Below, piece by piece: positions 38,872 through 51,470 of a DNA stretch of 64,000 nucleotides. Origin of the DNA: Octopus bimaculoides (Eukaryota); the NCBI RefSeq assembly GCF_001194135.2, contig NC_068981.1, forward strand, positions 140,213,562-140,277,561, read 5' to 3'. How positions within the stretch are numbered: position 1 is the first letter of the stretch; each line of letters starts with the position of its first letter. Position numbers and translations under genes: made by a program. The notes beneath the pieces were generated by a model. That model was not told the origin of the DNA and did no database searches. It worked only from the letters and a program-made list of their open reading frames with translations.

Positions 38872-40394
38872 GATGACAACACACACACATACGTACACAC
38901 GCATGCGCGCACACACATACACACGATGGGCCTCTGCAGTGATACCGCATACCTACTGCATTTCAAGGAATATTGAATCAATTCAAATTGCGTAACACAA
39001 AACAATTATTGCTTCGTTCAAGGATTGAAAGTCAAACGACGCTTTTTATGAAGTACCAGTCTTAACCAAATCCTAGAGCTATACCAATACATTTTAGTTA
39101 TCCTATTTTACTAAAGCTTTATTAAACAGCATGCCAACATAGTTTTTTTGAGAAATTCCAAGGACAATAAAATTATTATCCTTCCCCTATTACAGCCATG
39201 ATACGTCGCAATAGCTCGTTAGTGCACCTCCACTCAGTAGAAAGATGTTTTTCATAGTTTTTAAGGAGTCATTCTTTTTATTGTTCTCACACCTCTTATC
39301 TACATTTTTTATTCTTTCGGAAGAGCCTGACAGCGACTACCCAGAACTATTCAACCTAGTGGCATTGTATTCCTGTTCAAGCTTCATAAATGGGTAGCTA
39401 ATTAACATTTTCAACCGAATTCTAATTTTTTAAGGAGAAGATCACGCATATCGAAAAACTCATTCTCTACCACAGACTTCTAACTCAAATATTTAATGCT
39501 CATTCATTACCAAAAAATTGCATGACGAAAACTGTAAAACGAAATTTAAAATCAATGAACTAATGTCTTTGAAATAATAAAAGAGTATGATACCTAAGCT
39601 GAACATAATACTTTATATAATGGGGAAGTTTAAGAAACACACGCACATTTTTTAAGCAAAGAAATAAGAGATATAAAAATTATTGTTAACAATTGAAAAT
39701 ATCGAAATGATTTTGCAATTGCTGGACTAAAGCTATAGAAATAACAATACAAGAAACAGCTAATAACCGTGGTAAAGAATAACTAAAAAGTGAGTAAGGT
39801 AAAAAGAAAAGGAAGAAGGAAAATAGCATAAAATCAAATACAGAGTATTCTAATCATCTCAGAAGAATTTGAATTGTATTCAGAAAGCAAACACAGCAAG
39901 GAAATTGTCAACAAGAGAATTGTATAAACAGAGCAGAGTGGTAGAAATCCGCAATTAAGTATGTTTCCAGTGGGAAATTGTTAGTCAAAAGGAATCCCGG
40001 ATGTTCTATGTGCAATACACAAGCTGCAAAATAACAAACAAATTGGATGCTTCTGCTGTGGTATCATTAGATTGTTTTGGATAATTTCACGTTTCATTGG
40101 ATAGGAGATAGAGACGGGAGCGTTCAAATAAAATCTGTCGTGTTTCACACTCTTTCATCTTTCAAGAACACGCATTAAAATGATGCATATTCTCTGCAGA
40201 TAGCCTCTCTCTTCCAAAGCATTGCAAAACTTGTTATTGGATATAACATTTGTTATTGCCGCATTTAAACTGACGTGGAATTCAGTGAATATAGAGATCG
40301 AGTAATTCTACGAATATTTGAATATTTTTATCATGTACAACTTTCTAAGTCCTGGCATTCATGTTATTAGTAATAATTGGTATTAATATTGCCA

Positions 40395-40985
40395 AAGCGG
40401 TGAGCTGGCAGAATCATTAGCACGTCGGTCAGAATACTTAGTAGCTTTTCGTCCGTCTTTACGTTCTGAGTTCAAATTCTGCCGGAGCCGATTTCATCTT
40501 TCCTTCATTCGGGTATCGATAAAATATATACTAGTTAAGTTTTCGGTTTCAACTGAACGCCTTTCCGAAATTGCTGGCTTGTGCCAAAACTTGAAACCAT
40601 TATTACTATCGCCATTAAGACGGCGAGCTGGCAGAAACGTTAGAGCAACGGAGAAAATGATAAGCTGTACCTCGTCTGAGGTCGACTGCGCCTTCCAGCT
40701 TTTCGGACGCGATAAAATAAGCACCGGTTGAATATTGGAGTTGCTACAATCGACTAGACCTATCCCTCAAAATTTCAGTCCTTGTACCTATAGTAGAAAG
40801 GATAGTTATAATTATGATCATTGCAATAGTTAATATTATTGTTGCGATCTGAGTTCAAATTCTTCCGAGGTCCACTTTACCTTTCATCCTTTCAGAGTCG
40901 GGAAAATATAATCCAGATGAGTACTGAGGTCAACGTAATCGACTTAGACGAAATTGCTGGTCTTGTGCCAAGATTTGAAATCAAT
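40395..40985 (+). mobile_element. Cluster of at least three SINE family A copies or fragments
   Basis: Repeated ggcgagctggcagaa.c.ttag, ctgagttcaaatt, gaggtc.actt and aaattgctgg.cttgtgcca blocks. Confidence 0.8.
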
Positions 40986-41279
40986 ATTATTGTTGTCATC
41001 TTAGTCTTTCTCATAGTTTGTACAAACGTACCACAAATCTCCTAATATGATTTTGAACTAAAAAATTGTAACGCATCAGCATCACGCATATAAAAATATA
41101 TTTATCTATATATGTATGTGCGTGTGTGTGCACGTAACTGCATCTGTATCATTCAATGACCAATTTTAAATACTATTGGAACTTACACACTAGGTAAAGA
41201 AAACTTATACGTATACCATTCTGCTTAAATAATGGAACTGCAGATACAATATCTCGGCATATCTCACGTCTGTTTTCAT

Positions 41280-41602
41280 TCCTCCACTTCATACTCTCTT
41301 TCATATCTTCTCTAGAATAACTATTGCTTAACTATTTTCTCACACCATCTCCGATGAAGGGGTGTATGAAATATTCCGGAAACAGCTGTAAGACCTCTTT
41401 ATAAATGTTCTGAAATCTTTCACAGCCTGGGATTTTTATCTCATTCTGTTAATTTTTTATATATACGCATGCTGATATATGACCTACGTTGGACTCATCA
41501 TTCACATAATCGCCGAACCTGGAGCTTAACTATAGTCTGTCTATAGCACTTACTCAGCATTACCTGCCACCTTTGGGTTTTATTGACACCAGTACCTCTC
41601 AT
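41280..41602 (+). mobile_element. H1 family HHR-bearing repeat
   Basis: Aligns with rc of 9540-9915 (ctctttataaatgt.ctgaaa, ttaacta..gtc, ttacctgcca, ta.ctctcata). Confidence 0.7.
41348..41393 (+). ncRNA. Minimal type I hammerhead-like motif (H1)
   Basis: TCT-CCGATGA-AGGGGTGTAT(gaa)ATATTCCG-GAAA-CAGCTG-TA-AGA: palindromic stem III region, GUA triplet (cleavage after 41390), 3-bp stem I, U4>C. Confidence 0.6.
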
Positions 41603-41615
41603 AACACACACACAC

Positions 41616-41646
<31 letters not shown>

Positions 41647-42021
41647 CATATACGCACAAATACCAGTATGTCATTGATCCCCATATACTGCATTAATATT
41701 CCTCGCACTTTCCGTTGCGCTGTTGCCTTTATTGAACTCATAAAGTAAAATATGCCGAACATGTTCCTTTGTCACTTCTATTATAGCTTTGAACAAATAA
41801 CTGAAATTCGAACTGCGCCCTTCAAACCTTGCTCTAGGAAAAAGCACAAGGTAGAATTACTATCTGTTTTTCTAGTAAGTTGATGCAAATAGTTTAGCCC
41901 CTCCCCCTCCAACTTTTAGGTAATGTTATTGAATAAACCGCATTATTTATGGGATGACCCAACATATACACGTACATCACATACCCAACGCGCGCGCGCA
42001 CACACACACAAATACACACAT

Positions 42022-42262
42022 TGAGGACACATGGCCTGGTGCTTAGGGTGTTCTCCTTACAATCGCGTGATCGCGGTTTCAGTTTTTTTTCTTGAACAAT
42101 CTCATGTCTCTCATGTCTCTCTGCGAGCACCGTGACAACTGACGCGCATTTCACCGTGCACCTGTACAGGCAACGTCGATTTGGTGGGGAGATTCAGCTC
42201 ATGCACAGCACATACATTTGGTCATTATAAAAAATAAACCATTTTGCGCAAGTCATTCGGCA
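42022..42262 (+). mobile_element. Diverged tRNA-derived SINE (C-like)
   Basis: catggcctggtgcttagggtgtt..acaatcgcgtgatcgcggtttc head followed by non-simple body. Confidence 0.55.
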
Positions 42263-43401
42263 ATATATATACATATGAAAGCACAACATGCAGGTTTGTG
42301 ACTAGCGAAGTGTTCCATAAATCAAAAGGCAATCCGTAAGAATTCGACTGAGATTCAAAGTAGCACTAATCAACTACAAGTTAAATCACTGTGGGCTTAA
42401 TATATGCCCTGCAGTGTAATAAAAGTAATAATTTAAACGAAGAAAGAAGTCAGAATCGTTTTCCTAAACCGATAATATAATTTATTCTGTATCACATACA
42501 ACGTTATGCAATTCATATAAAGTTATGTAATATATGCCATAATATATGGAAACATGCTATAATATTCCTATAATCCATTCAGTTCATCAAATATGATTTA
42601 AAGGTACTATGTATATTATGGCATTTTTTACGCACACGGCAGTCCTTTGTGTTTGATTGCAAATGGTAACTATGGATATAAGCTGGCTGTTTGAGTTGTG
42701 CGTGCTTGCTTATTATTTCCTTACGCACCTAAGCTGCTTAAACTCCGACACATAGACTACTTTGATAGCTTGCACTGTCAATCGAATATATTGAAACTTC
42801 CACTCAATCTATGATGGACTCTCACTAGAGATTCAGCCCAGGATTCTTCATTATTTCGTTTCTTTGAAAATCATGGAAATTTTGAAACCGATTTAGTAAT
42901 AGTAAATAACTTTCCTCAAAAGGTATTTTCAGTATAATCCCTGGTGAAAAAAAAAACTGATTCAAATCTTGTTCCTTGCCTCTCTCTNNNNNNNNNNNNN
43001 NNNNNNNNNNNNNNNNNNNNNNNNNNNNNNNNNNNNNNNNNNNNNNNNNNNNNNNNNNNNNNNNNNNNNNNNNNNNNNNNNNNNNNNNNNNNNNNNNNNN
43101 NNNNNNNNNNNNNNNNNNNNNNNNNNNNNNNNNNNNNNNNNNAAACATTCACAACGAAATATATATATATATACATATTCATGCATAAATGTCGAACGAC
43201 GAGAATGAGTACTCAACTCATCACTTCATCGGTAGATAGAAATGGATTTATGTTAAAAAAAATGTATCTTAATATATTAACAATTTTTCAAGCGGATTCA
43301 AATTGGTGTAAAACACCATTCCTCCATGTAATTGGCTTGAAAAATTGCTTAGATATTAAACTATTATTCTTTACATGAAACCGATAGTAGAGTTTATACA
43401 G

Positions 43402-43451
<50 letters not shown>

Positions 43452-44329
43452 GTGTACAGGTGTGCGAGTGTTTTTTCTGTGTGTTTGATTAAAATGATAA
43501 AATATCCATAATAACATATTCAGTGTTAATTAATGAAATCTTAAATTTTCATTGATTTAAGCGATAAAATTGCAGAATACATTACAGAACTAAATTTTGA
43601 AATAACTTTTATTTCAATATAGTACGTATATCCATACACACAATCTTCGACATAATGCATCATACAACTATCTTATGTATTGAATACATTGAAATTAATC
43701 TGATATTGCAATAGATAAAATTTCATTTAATATTGAAATTACTCGATACCATATTATATCATTGAAATTAATGTCTAAATGAACATATAATTGACAATCA
43801 TTTTCAGATCCAATTGATAAATTATTGGATAAGCTGCAAGATTGTCGAAATGAAGAATATTTATAACCTTGACGTCTAATGATGTCTAACAGTACACACT
43901 GTATATATTTATGCTATGTTTACCAATAAATGTTCTCTTGTGTTTCATTGTAATTTCATTTTTAGGACATAACGCAGTTTATAATATGCCATGTTCTCGA
44001 ATCGTATATTTTCATTTAGGAATATATTTAGTTTGATGAAATTTAAATAAATGAATTGAGGATGCATGTACAGTTACAGATGTGAACCCCTTCTCGCAGA
44101 CATATTGTATGAAATAGTATCTGTAACATCCAATATTGTCTCGTGGCTTGTCAAAAGGTGTTTGCTATAAACAGGTATAATATTTGAAAAGAAAATGTAA
44201 TCGTCAATTATATTTAGTACTTACTTTGCTTAAGCGTAGAATAGAAGATATAGGGGGGGGGTGGGGTAATTAGTGGCATATATTACTCTGTAAAGAAGTT
44301 TATCATTATAAGACATGTATAGATATTCA

Positions 44330-44825
44330 TTTATTCATCAATTTGTTTCAGTCATTTGACTGCGGCCATTTTGGAGCGCCGCCTTTAGTTAAACAAATCG
44401 ACCCCAGGACTTATTTTTTGTAAGCCTAATACTTATAGTAGCAGTCGCTTTTTGCCGAACAGCTAAGTTATGGGGACGTAAGCACACCAACATCGGTTGC
44501 CAAGCGATGGTAGTGGAGACAAACGCAAACACACAATCATCTACACACACACACACGCGCGCGCACACACACACATATATACGACGGACTTTCTTTAGTT
44601 TCTGTCTACCAAATCCACTCACAAGGTTTTGGTCAGCCCGAGGCTATAGTAGAAAACACTTGTCAAAAGTGCCACGCAGTGGGACTGAACTCGGAACTAT
44701 GTGGTTGATAAGCAAGCCACTTACCACACAGACACTCCTGCGCTTGTATATATCATATATTATCCTTTACTTGTTACAATCATTTGACTGCAGCCATGCT
44801 GGGGCACCACCTTGAAGGCTTTTAG
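44330..44825 (-). mobile_element. SINE family B (near full length, 44330-44742) plus a second 3' fragment truncated at the Penelope piece
   Basis: Collinear with 1135-1547; second ttacttgtt.caatcatttgactgc.gccatgctgg block at ~44765-44825. Confidence 0.88.
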
Positions 44826-44829
44826 TCGA

Positions 44830-45349
44830 CAATGTAAATTTCTTTGCCGTTTGGGCAAGTAATGCAGTATTTAACATTTTGCGTTTTGCAGTTGATATCT
44901 ACATTTATTTTGAAAAAGGATTCTCTCTTGAATTTTATGTGGGAACCACTTTCTAAGTATTTAAAGTTGTTGCATGTTCCTTGAAGATAGGAGATGTGGA
45001 ACATGTAACAACAACTTTAAATACTTAGAAAGTGTTTCCCACTTTTGAATATAAATGCAGATATGAACTGCAAAACGAAAAACCTCATATACTGCATTAC
45101 ATACCCAAAATGCAATGAAAATTACATTGGTGAAACAAATAATTCCCTGTGCCAACGTGCAAGAATCCACAGACAATATATCCGACAAGAGGAATTGTGC
45201 AAGATTCCCTTAAGTAAGCACCTAAAAGTATGCAGCGACGGAAGATTCTAAAATTTTCCCTTTTACAAAGTGCACGGGAGGATCCGCTATACCGAAAAGC
45301 AATGGAATTACATTTCATCAAAAAATTCCCTCCAAAATTGAATGTTTGA
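44830..45349. mobile_element. Penelope-like GIY-YIG endonuclease, two head-to-head copies (44830-44980 minus; 44998-45349 plus)
   Basis: Plus: CKTKNLIYCITYPKCNENYIGETNNSLCQRARIHRQ..LSKHLKVC..HFIKKFPPKLNV*. Minus: CKTQNVKYCITCPNGKEIYI. Confidence 0.88.
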
Positions 45350-45972
45350 AAGAAAAGCAGAGACAGTACATTTTTTATTCTAAATATAACTCAGAGGAGA
45401 AAAAGAAAGAGGAAAAAAGGAAGAAAAGGAAAAAGGAAAAAGGAAAGAAGGGGAAAAGAGAGAAAGAAAGCAAGAAGACTTTCAGTGATAACCATACCAC
45501 GCCTGGTTTTTTTTTCTTGAAGAAGTCACCATTCTTAAACCCATTTCAATACAATGGTAAAGGACTAAATGAATAAATGAATGTTGAATAGGAAGGGGGA
45601 TTCCCTCCTCTCTCTCTCCCTCTCTCTCCTTCTTTCTCTCTCTCTCTTTGTCTATCCTCTCCATTGTCATGGACCCCCCCCCCCAAAAAAAAACAATGTT
45701 CTCGTCTTCTGAACAACCCCCCCCAAAGCATCTGCTTTATATAAAGGAACAAGCTATTTGTACATTCACAAAATTCTATTTGACAAGTTCGGGAAACGAA
45801 TGAAAGCGTTAATAACAATGAAAAAATAAACAGGTTTTCTTCCAAAATTCTGGCGACCTTTTTTCTCAATATTCAATGTCTATACACCACACCTAATACT
45901 CTTAATATATTAACAATTTTTCAAACGGATTCAAACTAGAGTCCAACACACACACAAACACACACACACACA

Positions 45973-46004
<32 letters not shown>

Positions 46005-48259
46005 GACACACACACACACACACACAAACAAACACACAAACACACACATACAAACACACACACACATACATACAACACACATTCGCACACATACAATTGT
46101 ATGAATTTAGTCTTCTATCTGCCAAATTGTGTAATCGAATGATTTCGTTCTTGTAAAATTTTTCCTCTATCAGGAGAATAATGGAACACTCGTTAGCCGT
46201 GAGTGATCGGGGTAAGTAGCTGGGGTTCTTTCGTATAGGCAGTGATTACGTCCAAGCCGGCCAACGAGCCACTGACATTATACAAAGGTCAACGGATTAG
46301 AAACGAAAGATTGCAAAACATATCGGAATGGAAGTTTGAAGTTTTATCACACCAGACTTATATTTATTTGATTGAACTTTCTGGTCATTGTCCAACCTTC
46401 CAGCAAGCTTCCTCAATTATATGTGACAATGGAAGATTTAGAACCTAAGTGTGAAATAACGAGACTGAAGGAGCAAGAGAGAGTGAGGGAGAGTAAGCGG
46501 AAGTAAAAAGTAGAGAATAATTGTTAAAATGTAATTTGTTTAAACCTTTAGTAATTATTAATTCTCTGTCAAATGTATTCATATTAATCTGTCAAATGTA
46601 TTCATAGTAATCTGTCAAATTCAATGCTTATATATTGGCAATGTTTTAATTATTCATCCATCATCTGATAACTTTTAGATTTTGATGACGTGATTGTATA
46701 TTTTCAAAATGACACTGGAGGGTAGACGTAAGAAGCCAGATCTAGCTAGTTTGAACATGAAGATCCAAAAGATTTGGGCCGGATATGGTCTGTGTTAATG
46801 CACGGGTGAATGTGTATACTCTGAATGGGAGATAAACATTTATGGTGAGAATGTAACATGGTAGCCAAATGTTGAGAAAATGTTTTTTGACAGCTTGGTT
46901 GTTATTCCTGTCTTTCGTTCTGGTGTTTTTTTTTTTATTAGCAAAGTCCCTGTGACTCATCGACAGAATGAAATGTTTAAGAACTCAAGTAAGTTTTCCT
47001 TTCAGGGTGGCCATCTCTGACCGGTAATATATATATTTTCCTCTCTAGAAAGAATTTGTTAGAACATATGCGTTTAGTGCCACAAATTGTGTGTTTATTA
47101 GAGTGAATTTATAATACACTTTCATCAATGCATTCATTTTATTACCTACATATGAAGTATACTCTGCTAACGTTATGAAAAGTCCTCTTCCAGAATATTC
47201 ATGAATAATACACACAGACACACAGACACAGAAGTGCCATGTGTGTGTGTATATATATAAATACCTATGCACATACATCTATATATGCCTATGTCTATGT
47301 AAACTAAATATAACACGTGCATCTACCGACGTCGACTCCAAAATGAAATGCATAAACGTACAGAAAAGGGCATATATGATCAATAATCAGAAGAGCACAT
47401 ATGTGTGCTTATGTCTACACAGATGCATACACACATGCATACACACAATTGCATACACATACACATATACTCTCACTCACACACGCACACACATTTATAC
47501 ACGCCGGAACGCGCGCTCAGTCATTAATGTTATGGACCAAGGCTTTTGGTCTAATTCAGTCTGCCTTCGAAATAATATATTAGCTTTAATTTCCCCCAAT
47601 TTGCTCTATCCTATTCTCAGAATATTTCATAAATTCAAGTATATATATAGAAGATATTTCTCGATATTATTACAGGTGTGACTAGCTACTCATTAAATAT
47701 CGAATAATCCTGTACTTTTTGATATAACATACGCATTTTATTACTTTAATCGCACTGTAGAGTAGTATATTTAATGATATTCTCTCATGCATAATAATTT
47801 CTGCCAAACATACACACACGCGCTCCCCCCCCCCACGCTCGCACACACACACTCGCACACACACACTCGCACAAACACACACACATATGTAGCTTGAAAA
47901 TTTAATCTATAATATATATATNNNNNNNNNNNNNNNNNNNNNNNNNNNNNNNNNNNNNNNNNNNNNNNNNNNNNNNNNNNNNNNNNNNNNNNNNNNNNNN
48001 NNNNNNNNNNNNNNNNNNNNNNNNNNNNNNNNNNNNNNNNNNNNNNNNNNNNNNNNNNNNNNNNNNNNNNNNNNNNNNNNNNNNNNNNNNNNNNNNNNNN
48101 NNNNNNNNNNNNNNNNNNNNNNNNNNNNNNNNNNNNNNNNNNTATATATATATATATATAGATATATATATATAAAGGATAGTTACATACATAATATATA
48201 CATACATACATATATATATGAATATTTCTATATATGTTCTTATCTTTCTGTTTTCTGTC

Positions 48260-49159
48260 TCATTTGATATAATATATCTCAGTACCACAATTACACATTA
48301 ACAATGGAAGATATAAAATTCTAGTCGTAAACGTTTCTAAACCACCTACCTGAAGGAATTGAATACAAATTGAAGGATTAAATTTTACTCTACAAATAGC
48401 TTTTTCAATTTCAAAGACATCTACAGCCCCAATTCTGCTCCTCACCTACTATAATCTTGGTATATACGTTTACTTCAACTTAAAGTTTGAGAATAACTTC
48501 GACAAAGACCTATTCAATAACTGGAATCGCGACTTTGCTGATGTATTTCTCTCCTGTGGTCACGGAGCTTGGATCAACCCTATGACTTTAAAAATATAAT
48601 TAGTAAGATAAGCCACAGTATCCAATTTAGAAAAGGATATAGCCAAAATTTAAAAACTAACATTTTTGTACATTTTCATCATATAAAGAAGCACGAACAT
48701 TGAAACTTCAATTCAGCAGATGTTAAACAATAAAGGTTACTTTCTTCCAGCCAGCCAAATGCTATGAAAACAGAACATTCACGTTTAAGTAGTGATAAAT
48801 ATTACCACGCGGTATTAATAGGTCGTGTGTCAATAATATATATTGGTTAAGAAGCTTACTGGATAATCGTCATACCAGTGCCTGTTCTGGCTCTGCTATT
48901 CTATATATCGCTACGAAGATGAATCGATGTTATATGTAGCGTCGAAGCTTTCCTAATTGACAAGACCAAGGAAGCTGGAAATCACGTGATCTGGTGGTCT
49001 AAACTCTGGAGGTGGCGGCGATTATCTCCCAGCTAGCCATATAAAGAAAATTGCATTCATCACGAAAATCCGATATGTGAGTTTCTGTCATGTTAACAAC
49101 CACAGTACAGTTTAAGTTGAGATAAATATTAACTTTCGGCAATAATACTGCCTCTGTCG

Positions 49160-49212
<53 letters not shown>

Positions 49213-49560
49213 GTAGTGTTTAAGCTAGAAAGAAGTTTCTGTACAAGTATATCCAGTCTTGAAATCTCAGAGAGATGTGTTCAAGAACTTAAAGGATATC
49301 ACTCAAAAGACAATAACCATTAATTTTAATCAATAATGGTATAGAAAATGCAGAAATTCTAGGAAGCCAAGACGTACCAATAGCAACAACCGGCACCGAT
49401 GTTTACAATATTTTGCCTTATGTATTTATTCACAATCCAAGAAATACCGAAGCATATAACATCAACCGTCTGAATATTCAAAAGGTGTTCAACACACAAA
49501 ATTCTTAAAAGATAACCCTATCTTTAAAACTTGCTCACCAGTACCAACTTGCCCGATGGA
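48260..49560 (+). mobile_element. Degraded Penelope-like reverse transcriptase and linker
   Basis: Frameshifted remnants in PLE order: NNFDKDLFNNWNRDFADVF (YxDD region), KLTFLYIFI, LINNGIENA, ILPYVFIHNPRNTEAYNI; interrupted by (TA)n. Confidence 0.55.
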
Positions 49561-49654
49561 GATGAAGCTCCAATGACCAGAATTTGCGTCTAGACCAAAT
49601 ACTTTATAATAGCATGATAGAATGAGAAAGTATATTCAACTCAACTAAACAATC

Positions 49655-49752
49655 AGTAGCAACAGCAACAGCAACAACATCAACAACAAAAACAACAACA
49701 ATAACAACAACAACAACAACAACAACAATAATAATAATGATAATAATAATAA
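49655..49752. repeat. (AAC)n/(AAT)n trinucleotide tract
   Basis: Direct tandem repeat. Confidence 0.9.
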
Positions 49753-51104
49753 CGAAGTTGAGATACCGAATTTCCTTCGGAGTGAAACCCAATCTTGAAT
49801 GTGCTATATTTTTGAGCTATCTGCTGACCTACTAGATTCGAAAAATTGGTTTATGTTTACATCAATTTGGAATATTGGCTTTCATTGATATAAACCTATG
49901 GACCCCTTTGATTCCTATTTTACTCGGATGGACCCTCCTAGTCATTTGATGTATAAAAAGGATCACATTTTAAGAATGAATTATTATTAGGAGCTTTTTT
50001 AAAAATTGTTAGAATATTTACTAGATTGTTGTAATATATAACATTTCTTGCAGATAAATTTTTACAACAAAATCTTGTATAGACTCCAAGAGCCATACGG
50101 TTGAGAACAACTGGTTTAGTCTTAACTGGACTTTTGTATGAGGGAAAAATAAACAAGTAATTTTGTTAAGCAATCACCCGAACGGGACATCAGAAGAACG
50201 AATTAAACGAATGGCCGATTAAGGGAACCAGCCGACTTAAACGCTAGAGTATTGTCAGTGGAAAACAAATTACCAATACATTAGATAAAAAATGACGTCT
50301 ACAGACAGTCATGCGACCAATACACAACTATCTGGCACTGACGAGTAAGTACAAGTGGGAAATGTGAGTAACCAAGCAGGACGTGAACATATATCTTAAA
50401 AGCTACAAATATAAGACAATATCACCTTGATAATTGCTCTCAAGTACCACTCTTGAAAGAGAATCTTTGAATAATCGACAGAGCTCATAAAAAGTCATTT
50501 TCATATCCTTTAAAATCTACATCATATCTCATTTTTTTTTACCTTATTGGACTTTCAAACTAATATTATGATGAAATTTATCGAAGATCAGAACTTACAA
50601 AACTACTTATTGATCTAATACTTTTGAACACTTGAGTTATCATTATGTAGAATATTTTATTTTCGAGTAGGTGTTAACGTTATGAACCTTTTTCTTGAAA
50701 TATGTTTCATTTAAATGACAAATATAAAAAAATAGAAACAAAAAAATTTGAAATAGGTATCACAATCATAAATTTAAATAAGGTATAAAATGTACAGTTC
50801 GTTTTAAGACCTGGGGCATTTCCTGCCTGTGGGATACATGCATACACACATATCTATAAACACATATATACATTCTAAGGTCGCACTACAACTTCTGGAT
50901 CTTTTCCTTTTGGCTGTCACATAGAAAAAATAATTTAAAACAATATTTACTGTTGGCGTTTTTAAAAAACTTCATTATTTTCGAAGTTATTTCGTGTTAA
51001 AGTTGTCGTATTTCCGTAATTTCAACCAATCAAATACGTCTATTGAGGTGAAAACAATTACTGCTGTGGTTTGTGAACAAGACGTTCTGGTGGTGTAATG
51101 GGAG

Positions 51105-51315
51105 ATGGTTCAGTGTTTAGAGCGTCAGGCTCACGATCATGAGGTAATGAGTTCGATTCCCGCACCGTGATGTGTATTTTTTCTTGAGCAGGACGCATTA
51201 TTTCACGTTGTTCCAGTTCATTCAGCTGCATCGACTTATGCCTTTCCTTTGGATAACATCAGTAGCGTGGAGAGGGTAAGCTGGTACGCATGTGTAAGTA
51301 CTGGTCTTCCTTATT
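51105..51315 (+). mobile_element. SINE family C head and body
   Basis: tcagtgtttagagcgtcaggctcacgatcatgaggtaatgagttcgattcccgc..cttgagcagg..tttcacgttgttccagttca. Confidence 0.85.
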
Positions 51316-51377
51316 TATGTGTGCGTATACACACACACACGCACACACACACACATATTCATATATANNNNNNNNNN

Positions 51378-51470
51378 TGCTTCCCAACCAAACGGTTCCG
51401 GGTTCAGTCCCACTGCATGCCACCTTAGCAAGTATCTTCTACTATAGCCTCGGGTGAACGAAATCCTTGT
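51378..51470 (+). mobile_element. SINE family B fragment
   Basis: tgcttcccaacc..ggttccgggttcagtcccactgc..tcttctactatagcctcggg. Confidence 0.85.

Noticed and set aside
46404-46492. Candidate plus-strand exon KLPQLYVTMEDLEPKCEITRLKEQERVRE with good acceptor and GTAAGC donor
   Set aside because: No recognisable homology, the 3' part is a GA-rich low-complexity tract, and no phase-compatible partner exon was found.
49890-50115. Possible hAT MITE (rc cagttgttctcaacc terminus)
   Set aside because: Only one TIR is recognisable and no TSD was found.
50160-50420. Possible further RTE RT fragment
   Set aside because: Too degraded to give a convincing motif.
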